Positions 33,405-40,471 of a DNA stretch of 40,471 nt are shown here, piece by piece; positions within the stretch are counted from its first letter, which is position 1; each line of letters starts with the position of its first letter. The notes below the pieces were generated by a model. The model searched no databases and had not been told where the DNA came from. It saw nothing but the letters and a program-made list of their open reading frames with translations. The stretch covers positions 1 through 40,471 of the forward strand of contig JAWCPB010000005.1 of NCBI GenBank assembly GCA_038870455.1, given 5' to 3'. This DNA comes from Candidatus Micrarchaeia archaeon (GTDB lineage Archaea; Micrarchaeota; Micrarchaeia; Burarchaeales; JACRGF01). The translations under genes were made by a program, and so were the position numbers.

Positions 33405-34438
33405 GCCGGGCCCTCAGCGTAAGGCTCCGTGTCAAGCCAGCCCGTCTTCTGTTTTTTCTTCCCCTTTTGTTTCTTCTTTTTCACGCCGGGCTGCTTCCCC
33501 TTCTTTTGCCTCTTCTTCTCCTGTATCGACTTCTCTCCGACCGGGGTTTTTTGCTTCACCGTGGGTTTCGGGGCCGCTGTCGTCTGGGAGCGCACTGTCG
33601 GGGGCGGGGCAATCTTCTCAGTAGTGAACCGTTTTTCCGGCTCGGCTGTTGGAATTTCAATTTTGGACGGCGTCCGCCAATGCCATTTCATGAACGCAGT
33701 AACCCCGCCGGCAGCCAGCCCCGCTGCCAGCACGCCCGCCGCCATCGCCCTCGCGATCACTTTCCTGCGCACGACTCGTTTTAGCTCTGCAAGCTCTCCC
33801 TCGATTCTTTTGGCCATGCCCTCCTCCTTCTCTAGCGCTCTTTCCTCAACTGCAAGCTGTTTCTTGGCTTCTTTCAGCGGTGATTCCACCCTCAATTGCT
33901 CCGCAGCCGCTTGGTGGTCCATTCCGCTATTTCGTCGCGACTCCGCAAGCCCCTGCATCTCCATGACAACCAGGTTGCACCTTCCCTCCAGCTCTGTTTG
34001 GTCACGGCTTCTGCTCGTGAATGTTTTGAAAAAATTCCCAAACCACCCCACGACTTCCGGCAGAGGCTCTCCTATGAGCGCGAGGATGTCGGTCCTGCGC
34101 AGGAGTTCGGGGAGCTGAGACCAGTCAACCCTGCTGAGCTGTTCCTCAGTTTTTCTGACGGTTTCCTTGTCCTGTTTCGGGAAGAAGTGCTTCAGGATGC
34201 GGAGCTTCTGGGTTATTTCCTGCTCCCTGCGTTCTTTCTGCTTCTGAAGCGCCTCGACGTTTCCCTTCAGCCGCGCCACCCGCTCGCGCCTTTCACGGAT
34301 GCGGCTTGCCGAGCCCTCGAGATAGGTTTCCCTTGTGCGAATCTGCAGCCTGAGCTCACTCAGCGGAAGCCTGTGCAGCATACTTCTCGCAGACGGCTGG
34401 GGCGGCCCCTTCCTCACTGGCTTTAACACGAGGGGCAT
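33401..34438 (-). CDS. Orphan coiled-coil protein with single TM and Pro/Lys-rich tail
   Basis: 345-aa ORF, purine-rich coding strand, TATA at 34455-34462; charged helical N-part, AMAAGVLAAGLAAGGVTAF TM, K/Q-rich end. Confidence 0.7.
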   Translation of the reverse strand: MPLVLKPVRKGPPQPSARSMLHRLPLSELRLQIRTRETYLEGSASRIRERRERVARLKGNVEALQKQKERREQEITQKLRILKHFFPKQDKETVRKTEEQLSRVDWSQLPELLRRTDILALIGEPLPEVVGWFGNFFKTFTSRSRDQTELEGRCNLVVMEMQGLAESRRNSGMDHQAAAEQLRVESPLKEAKKQLAVEERALEKEEGMAKRIEGELAELKRVVRRKVIARAMAAGVLAAGLAAGGVTAFMKWHWRTPSKIEIPTAEPEKRFTTEKIAPPPTVRSQTTAAPKPTVKQKTPVGEKSIQEKKRQKKGKQPGVKKKKQKGKKKQKTGWLDTEPYAEGPA

Positions 34439-34454
34439 TATAAGGCGCTTTTGC

Positions 34455-34493
34455 TATTTAAAGGTGGGTGGCTGCATTCGACAGGTTTAAATA
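34455..34493. promoter_or_regulatory. Back-to-back TATA boxes of divergent promoters
   Basis: TATTTAAA 34455-34462 and TTTAAATA 34486-34493. Confidence 0.6.
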
Positions 34494-34526
34494 CAACTTC
34501 CGGCTAATATACTGTGCTTGTTCTAC

Positions 34527-35804
34527 ATGTTCAAGGATGCGAGCCGCAAGGCCACAAACCCGCCGATTCAGGCCCCCAGCCCGGGCAGGTTCAGAAAGAG
34601 TCTCAAGAACGCGCTCGGCTACGCCGCGGGCTTGCTGCCCGGCGCAGGCATTTTCTTTAAGCTAGCAAAGGACAGGGCAGAGAGGAGGATGGACGCGCAC
34701 GAGAGGGCCATCAGCAACATCAGCAACAGCAACCGCCTCGACGAGCTCTACGAGGTCATCTGCGCCGACATCGCGAGGGACATGGGCTTGGATGAAGTAA
34801 GGATTCTGAGAGTCGAAGCAAACGGGAGGAAAAAGCTCGTTGCGAAAAAGTGGGTCGGCCGAAACGATTTCGCGCCAGAGCAGCACGCCCACGAGCTCGA
34901 GAGGGGAAGCGGCCATGTTTCGAGCATATGCTTCCACGAGAAGAGCATCATCCACCTTTCCGTCACGGGCGGCGAGGCGGTCGTGCACAGGGTCAGGCCG
35001 AACGGCCCTTCAGGGGCGGAGTGGGAAGCCATTGATGTTTCGGGTGAAGAGGCTAAGCTGCTCGAAAACGCGCGCAGGTACGGCATCAGGGAAAAAATCG
35101 CCATCCCGCTGCTCGATGGCGACGAGGTCATTGGCGTCATCGTCGCGGACAACCGCACAACTCAGAAAAAAATCCAGAACCACACTATAAAGTCGCTGGC
35201 CCAGAGGGCCGCCATCGCCTCTCTCACCATAAAAATGATGGAGAGCGCTGTCACCGACAGGCTGACCGGGCTCTTCAACAGGCGCCACTTTGACGATGCC
35301 ATCGGGCCCCACGAGCTTTCGGTCGCGCAGCGCAACAATACGCCATGCTCGGTCATCTACTTCGACATAGACAACTTCAAGTCCATCAACGACGCGTGGG
35401 GGCACAACGTCGGCGACAAAGTGCTCAAGTCGCTCGTGGAGACTGTCAGCAACTATCTCAGGAGGGCTGATGTCTTCGTGCGGTACGGCGGTGAGGAGTT
35501 CGTCATACTACTGCCCGGCACCGACCTTGAGGGGGCTGTTTCGATAGCCAAAAGGGTTTTGAACGCGGTGGCGAGCACGCCTGCGCGCATCACGGACGAA
35601 TCTTTCCTGCCTTTCACCGCCAGCTTCGGCGTAGTGCAATACAACCCTGGCCGCGACCACAGCATCACCGACGTGGTGGAGCGCGCGGACACCGTGCAGT
35701 ACATCGCCAAGAAGTCCGGAAAGAACAGAATTGTTGTTGATCTAGGAGAGCCGGATGAGCTTAAGACCAGGACGATAAAACCCGAGCCTAAAGAAGCAAG
35801 TTAA
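34527..35804 (+). CDS. GAF-GGDEF diguanylate cyclase
   Basis: IAIPLLDGDEVIGVIVADN (GAF end), TDRLTGLFNRR, FDIDNFKSINDAWGHNVGD, RRAD-x5-GGEEF, TASFGV, AD..QY.AKKSGKNR. Confidence 0.95.
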   Translation: MFKDASRKATNPPIQAPSPGRFRKSLKNALGYAAGLLPGAGIFFKLAKDRAERRMDAHERAISNISNSNRLDELYEVICADIARDMGLDEVRILRVEANGRKKLVAKKWVGRNDFAPEQHAHELERGSGHVSSICFHEKSIIHLSVTGGEAVVHRVRPNGPSGAEWEAIDVSGEEAKLLENARRYGIREKIAIPLLDGDEVIGVIVADNRTTQKKIQNHTIKSLAQRAAIASLTIKMMESAVTDRLTGLFNRRHFDDAIGPHELSVAQRNNTPCSVIYFDIDNFKSINDAWGHNVGDKVLKSLVETVSNYLRRADVFVRYGGEEFVILLPGTDLEGAVSIAKRVLNAVASTPARITDESFLPFTASFGVVQYNPGRDHSITDVVERADTVQYIAKKSGKNRIVVDLGEPDELKTRTIKPEPKEAS

Positions 35805-37251
35805 GTCCTTTAATCAGCGCCTCAACGCTCGCCAGCACGATGTCGGTCGCTGCTGCCGAGGCCGAAACCTCCCTCTCGCCTTTCCTCAATCTGATTTTCA
35901 CATCGACGAGCGCGTCCGTTCCTCCCGTGATTGCATCCACGTGGTAAGATTCGAGCTTGACGCCCGTCCCGCCCAACGCGTTTTCGATCGCGTTGATGGC
36001 CGCATCCACCGGCCCATTCCCCGTTCCCGCCGCGCTCTTGAACTCCCCGTTGAGCCTGAGTTTGACGCTCGCGGTCGGTGTGATTTTGTTTCCTGTAGTA
36101 GCGGTGAGCTCCTCAAGCTTCACCCTCCCCTCCCTCGTCGTGCCCAGCACGTCAAAAACTATCGCTTGGAAATCGGCATCGGTCACCTCTTTTCCCTTGT
36201 CACCAAGCTCCTTGACCCGCCTGAAAATCTCTTCAAACTGCTCCCCGCCCGCCTCCACGCCGATTTCCTTCAGCTTGTGCCGCACGCTGTGCCTGCCCGA
36301 GTGCTTGCCCAGCCAGATTCTCCTCCGCTGGCCGATGAGCTCAGGCGTGATCGGCTCGTAAGTCTCGGCGCTCTTGATGACTCCATCCACGTGAATGCCC
36401 GACTCGTGCGTGAAAGCGTTTTTTCCAACAAGGGGCTTGTTGGGTGCCAGCCGCAAGCCCGTTATGCCCTCCACGAAAGCGGACACTTCGGAGAGCTTGT
36501 TGAGCTTGACCGAGTCAATCCCGTAAAAATACTTCAGCCCCACCGCCACCTCCTCGAGAGCGGCGTTTCCCGCCCTCTCGCCCAGCCCATTCACGCAGAC
36601 GTGCAGCTCGGCCGCGCCCGCGGCGACAGCCGCCAGCGAGTTGGCCACCGCAAGCCCCAAGTCATTGTGCCCATGAAAGGCAAGCGGAGCCCGCAGGTTG
36701 GCGAGCGCGCCGAACATCTCCCGCGTCTTCTCAGGGTTCAACACCCCAACGGTGTCGCACACGCACGCCCTGTCCGCGCCCCTCTCAATGCCTTCGCCGA
36801 AAACCTTTCGTAAATACTCCAGCTCCGTCCTGCTGCCGTCTTCGGCCAGAATCTCGACAGCCAGCCCGTGCCGCTTGGCATAATCCACTGCCGCGTTTGA
36901 CATCTCCAGCACCTTCTCCCTCGTGCTGCGGAGCTTCTTCTCGATGTGCAGGTCGCTCGTGGGAATGACCAGGGAAACCGCATCCACGTCGCATTCGAGC
37001 GCGGCGTCAACGTCCCCAACCACCCCCCTGCAGAAGGAGGCGATCTCGGCATCAAGCCCCTCAGTGGTGATGAGCTTTATGGCGCGCCTTTCCCCGGTGC
37101 TCGCCACAGCAGAGCCCGCCTCTATGACATCCACCCCAAGCTCATCGAGCTTCCTCGCGATGAGCAGCTTCTTCTCCGGCGTAAGCGAGAGGCCAGGCGT
37201 CTGTTCGCCATCCCTCAGCGTTGTATCGAGAATGCGCACGCGCCTGCTCAT
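35788..37251 (-). CDS. cimA: (R)-citramalate synthase (CimA/LeuA family)
   Basis: DTTLRDGEQTPG, EAGSA, HGHNDLG, NGLGERAGN, HESGIH, C-terminal GPVDA allosteric domain; N-terminus resembles methanogen CimA from memory, but LeuA is not excluded. Confidence 0.8.
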   Translation of the reverse strand: MSRRVRILDTTLRDGEQTPGLSLTPEKKLLIARKLDELGVDVIEAGSAVASTGERRAIKLITTEGLDAEIASFCRGVVGDVDAALECDVDAVSLVIPTSDLHIEKKLRSTREKVLEMSNAAVDYAKRHGLAVEILAEDGSRTELEYLRKVFGEGIERGADRACVCDTVGVLNPEKTREMFGALANLRAPLAFHGHNDLGLAVANSLAAVAAGAAELHVCVNGLGERAGNAALEEVAVGLKYFYGIDSVKLNKLSEVSAFVEGITGLRLAPNKPLVGKNAFTHESGIHVDGVIKSAETYEPITPELIGQRRRIWLGKHSGRHSVRHKLKEIGVEAGGEQFEEIFRRVKELGDKGKEVTDADFQAIVFDVLGTTREGRVKLEELTATTGNKITPTASVKLRLNGEFKSAAGTGNGPVDAAINAIENALGGTGVKLESYHVDAITGGTDALVDVKIRLRKGEREVSASAAATDIVLASVEALIKGLNLLL

Positions 37252-39074
37252 CCGCCTCTCCTGTTTTTCCAGTAGAGTGTGTTGTAGGCAGCCTCGAAAG
37301 CCTTGATGCTCGCCAGCACAATGTCCGGGCTTGCCCCGAGTCCCACAGCCTTATTCCCCTTTCTGTCCCTCAAGCTCATGGTTACCTCAACAGTCGCCTC
37401 GGTTCCTCCGGTGGAGATGGTCACGCCATAGTCGGTGAGTGAGAACTCCACGCCCCTGCCGGCCAGCGCCTTTTTTATCGCGTTTATGGTGGCATCCACC
37501 GGCCCGTCCCCCTCCCCCTCTTCCGAGTATCTTTTTCCCTCGAAGGAAAGGGTTGCCACGCACCTAGGCTTTGCCCTCGCGCTCGCAGTCACGAGGTAAT
37601 CCTCCACCACCAGCACGCGCCTCTTTGGAGTGATTTTAGTGAAAACCCCTTCCAAAATGCTTTTGAGGTCCGCTCTCGTAACCGGCTTGCCTTTGCCGAT
37701 GAACTCCTCAACAGCCTCGCGGACTTCAGGAATCCGCTCGCGTTCTATGCTGATGTTGAAATTGGCCTTTACAGCCTCCAAAACCTCTTTTTCGCTTGGC
37801 GCTTTCCTGAAAACAACTTTTGTTTTTTCCTCTCGCCTAACAGGAGCCTTTAAATTATATAAACGATTATTTATATATTTCTCTACTTCTTTTATATTTG
37901 GCTCGACGCTCGGGGGCAAAGTAAAGCCCTTGAGGGCAGTTAAAGGATCTTTCAACCCGTTTCCAGTCAGCACGCACACTCCAAGCTTGCCCGCCAGCCT
38001 ATTCTTTAATTTCAGCACCGCAGCCACGCCGGTAGCCGCAGAAGGCTCTACGAAAATGCTTTCCGTGCGCGCAAGAAGCTGTTGTGCTTCAATAATGTCA
38101 TCATCACTCACATCCACGGCTATTCCTTTGCTCTCGCGCAGCGCGGCGAGCGCTTTGGGCGCGTCGTACGGATTTCCTGCCGTAATGGCGGTTGCTATCG
38201 TATCAGGGTGTTCTTCTGACTCGATTTTTCCCTTTTTCTTGAATGCCTTGACTACTGGATTGCAGCCTCTTGCCTGCACGCCGATAAGCTGGGGAAGCTT
38301 GTCTGTGAGGCCGAATTCCTTGAATTCTTTGAACCCTTTCCAAATAGCGGTTATGTTTGTTCCCACGCCTATCGGCACCACGACATAATCCGGCGACTTC
38401 CACCCAAGCTGTTCTATGATTTCGTAAGCCTGGCTCTTCTGCCCCTCCACCCTGAAAGCATAGTCTCCAAGCAGCCAGTACCCAAATTTTTTCGCCATTC
38501 CTGCCGCCAGCTCGAACGCGTCCGCATAAGTTCCCTTTATCTGGAGGAGCCTGGCTCCGTAGCTGAGCACTTGAGCGAGTTTTCCCATGGCCGTTCCATC
38601 AGGCACGAGCACGTGGCAGGGCAGACCGACTTTTGCGGCATATGCAGCCACGCTGGCCGCCATGTTTCCCGTGCTCGCGCACGCCACTGCCTTTGCCTTA
38701 CGCTCCACGGCCTTGGTTATCTCGACGGCAGTCCCCCTGTCCTTGAAAGCCCCCGTGGGGTTCGCTCCCTCGTTTTTCACAAGGATGGGAATGCCCGTCT
38801 CCTTCGCAAAATTCCTGCACTCGTAGAGAGGCGTGCCCCCCTCATCGAGCGTGATCAGCTCGCCTTCAATAGGATAGAATGCCTTGTATTTCGCGTTTTT
38901 CAGCGGCGCGCTCTTGAGCAGCCCCCTGTCGAGCCTTCGCTCAACCAGCCTGTAGTCATATTTCACATCAAGCGGCCCGCCGCACCTGAGGCACCGCGTG
39001 TAAGTCTGTTCCTCACTAAAAGAAGAGCCGCACAGCACGCACTTAAGCTCGTACAGCGGGAATAATGAAAACAC
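37248..39074 (-). CDS. thrC: Threonine synthase fused to LeuA/CimA-type allosteric domain
   Basis: CxxC..CxxC N-terminus, EGGTPL, NPTGAFKDRG (PLP Lys), ASTGN, PIGVG, EPSAA, LTGNGLKD, then ~190 extra aa with GPVDA and DIVLAS. Confidence 0.9.
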   Translation of the reverse strand: MFSLFPLYELKCVLCGSSFSEEQTYTRCLRCGGPLDVKYDYRLVERRLDRGLLKSAPLKNAKYKAFYPIEGELITLDEGGTPLYECRNFAKETGIPILVKNEGANPTGAFKDRGTAVEITKAVERKAKAVACASTGNMAASVAAYAAKVGLPCHVLVPDGTAMGKLAQVLSYGARLLQIKGTYADAFELAAGMAKKFGYWLLGDYAFRVEGQKSQAYEIIEQLGWKSPDYVVVPIGVGTNITAIWKGFKEFKEFGLTDKLPQLIGVQARGCNPVVKAFKKKGKIESEEHPDTIATAITAGNPYDAPKALAALRESKGIAVDVSDDDIIEAQQLLARTESIFVEPSAATGVAAVLKLKNRLAGKLGVCVLTGNGLKDPLTALKGFTLPPSVEPNIKEVEKYINNRLYNLKAPVRREEKTKVVFRKAPSEKEVLEAVKANFNISIERERIPEVREAVEEFIGKGKPVTRADLKSILEGVFTKITPKRRVLVVEDYLVTASARAKPRCVATLSFEGKRYSEEGEGDGPVDATINAIKKALAGRGVEFSLTDYGVTISTGGTEATVEVTMSLRDRKGNKAVGLGASPDIVLASIKAFEAAYNTLYWKNRRGG

Positions 39075-39101
39075 CTTTCCGCAATTGTTTCGACGAAGAG
39101 G

Positions 39102-39389
39102 TTATTTAAGTCTTTCTCGCAAGGCCCTTTTCTTTCTCGAATTGAACTCGATGGGAAGCAGGTACTGGAGGAGGTTGAGCGTGGAAATGAAAACGAGGAG
39201 AACGAGCGCCAGGAGCCCGAGCTTGAACGCCCACAACAGCTCGCCAGCCAGCAGGAAGGCCGTGAAATAAATCAAGAAAAACACCCCGCCCACGATGCAG
39301 CCCGCCTCCATCCAAGCCAGCCAGTTCTTCAGCTCCTCCTCGCTCTTGGGCAGCACGAGGCGCAGCAGGAGGTTCCTCAACCACCGCAT
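39102..39389 (-). CDS. Small 2-TM membrane protein
   Basis: 95 aa from ATG 39389, two hydrophobic helices, basic tail. Confidence 0.6.
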   Translation of the reverse strand: MRWLRNLLLRLVLPKSEEELKNWLAWMEAGCIVGGVFFLIYFTAFLLAGELLWAFKLGLLALVLLVFISTLNLLQYLLPIEFNSRKKRALRERLK

Positions 39390-39425
39390 GCGGAGGCCTT
39401 GGTTTCCGGGCTTAAAAAGCCAGAT

Positions 39426-39438
39426 GTTGTATGACAAC
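39426..39438. promoter_or_regulatory. Palindrome centred on antitoxin start codon (probable TA autorepression operator)
   Basis: GTTGT-ATG-ACAAC; TATA-like TTAAAAA at 39412-39418. Confidence 0.5.
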
Positions 39439-39664
39439 GGTGAGAACGACGCTCGTGCTGGACGAGCACCTTCTGGCGAGGCTGAGGCAGCTCTCGCACG
39501 GAAACATCTCGCGGTTTGTTAATGAGCTTCTTAAAAACTGCCTTGCAGCACGCAGGGAGAGCATGGCAGGCGTGCTGAAAGGAAAGGTTTCGGTGAAAGA
39601 CCTCGAGGCGTTGAGGCGCGGGGACGAGAAGGCGGAGAGGGAGCATGAACGCTTATATCGCTGA
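39431..39664 (+). CDS. vapB: VapB-like antitoxin (ribbon-helix-helix)
   Basis: RTTLVLDE beta-strand, ISRFVNELL helix, SMAG.LK; overlaps the PIN gene. Confidence 0.8.
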   Translation: MTTVRTTLVLDEHLLARLRQLSHGNISRFVNELLKNCLAARRESMAGVLKGKVSVKDLEALRRGDEKAEREHERLYR

Positions 39665-39992
39665 CACGTACGCGTGGTTCAGGTATCTCGAAGGCGGAGA
39701 TTACAAAGAGCTGCTGGAGGACAACGAGATTGAAACGCCATCCATCGTCCTCGCAGAGCTCACGCGAGTTCTATTAAAGAAAAATGTTTCTCCGGCGCTT
39801 GTCGAGCGCATTCAACAATTCATACAAAAGAACAGCCTCGTCCTCCAGCTTGATGCCAAAGCAGCTGTGAAAGCCGGAGGAAAATCCGTCGCGGAAGGGC
39901 TTTCACTCACGGACGCCATCATCTATTCTTACGCAAGCGAGGAAAAGCCGCTTCTTACTGGTGACAAGCACTTCAGGGGCAACCGAACGTGA
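39645..39992 (+). CDS. vapC: VapC PIN-domain toxin (probable C-terminal frameshift)
   Basis: IADTYAW, IVLAEL, LSLTDAIIY, LLTGDKHF. Confidence 0.88.
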   Translation: MNAYIADTYAWFRYLEGGDYKELLEDNEIETPSIVLAELTRVLLKKNVSPALVERIQQFIQKNSLVLQLDAKAAVKAGGKSVAEGLSLTDAIIYSYASEEKPLLTGDKHFRGNRT

Positions 39993-40011
39993 AGTTTCTG
40001 AAATAGGCGAG

Positions 40012-40461
40012 TCAGACCATTTCGGGCCTGACCACCCACTTTATCCTCCACCCCTCCTCCCTTTCCAGGCACACCACGCCGGCCATGCAGAAAGCCACGA
40101 CGGGCTTTTCGGAATCTCCTGCAACCAGCAGGGAGACAAGGCGGCTGAGGTGGGGGAGGTGGCCGACGAGGAGGACCGGCTGCTGCACGGTGGCCAGGAA
40201 GTCAGCAGCGGCTCTGGGCTCGTCGTTCGGCGCCATGCCCGCCAGCCCGCCGAGGGGCGCGCCCAGCTTGGCGGCGAAAATTTCTGCGGTCTGCCTTGCG
40301 CGCAGCTTGCCCGAGTGGTGGATGGCCGCAACCCGCACGCCCTGTCTTGCCAGAAAGCCCGCCGTCTTCTCGGCATCCGCCCTTCCCTTTTGGGTGAGCG
40401 GCCGCGCCGGGTCCTGCTCCTCCCTTGCCGCTTCGCCGTGCTGAACGAGGTAAAACTCCAC
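40012..40461 (-). CDS. sixA: Phosphohistidine phosphatase SixA-like
   Basis: YLVQHGEA, RPLT..G, HSGKLRARQTA, LVGHLPHL; GTG start near the window edge. Confidence 0.88.
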   Translation of the reverse strand: MEFYLVQHGEAAREEQDPARPLTQKGRADAEKTAGFLARQGVRVAAIHHSGKLRARQTAEIFAAKLGAPLGGLAGMAPNDEPRAAADFLATVQQPVLLVGHLPHLSRLVSLLVAGDSEKPVVAFCMAGVVCLEREEGWRIKWVVRPEMV

Positions 40462-40471
40462 AAAACCCTAT

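Noticed and set aside
33440-33530. Pyrimidine-rich low-complexity tract
   Set aside because: Encodes the Lys/Gln-rich tail of the minus-strand protein
40012-40461. QHG instead of RHG in SixA as a sign of inactivity
   Set aside because: The catalytic His and the other Arg/His residues are retained, and QHG variants occur among SixA-like proteins to my knowledge
1-40471. CRISPR array, tRNA/rRNA genes, transposase, integrase, reverse transcriptase, inteins
   Set aside because: No spaced direct repeats or cloverleaf seen; T-loop-like words (e.g. near 22561 and 23990) lie inside CDS; intergenic gaps are too short; RFC and IleRS have normal lengths

Overview
This is a gene-dense (~40 CDS), mostly GC-rich chromosomal window from an archaeon. 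Archaeal markers include RFC small subunit, Pelota, ABCE1, archaemetzincin and archaeal-type IleRS/CimA, plus TATA boxes in short divergent intergenic gaps, GGTGA ribosome-binding sites and ATGA gene overlaps. A DPANN lineage such as Micrarchaeota is my inference, not verified. I see no rRNA, tRNA, CRISPR array, integrase or transposase. Standout observations: (1) a threonine-synthase-fold enzyme fused to the LeuA/CimA subdomain II plus allosteric domain, translationally coupled to a citramalate synthase carrying the same domain; (2) an apparently intact GAF-GGDEF diguanylate cyclase in an archaeon; (3) an FTR1-CcdA-two His-rich membrane protein operon behind a DtxR-type palindrome; (4) a CysRS with an intact active site but no anticodon-binding C-terminus, coupled to an ABC exporter; (5) a hairpin-dense 130-nt element at the left edge with a perfect 17-bp inverted repeat; (6) a structured leader with a uORF upstream of ABCE1. 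All family calls come from motif recognition by eye; no searches were run.
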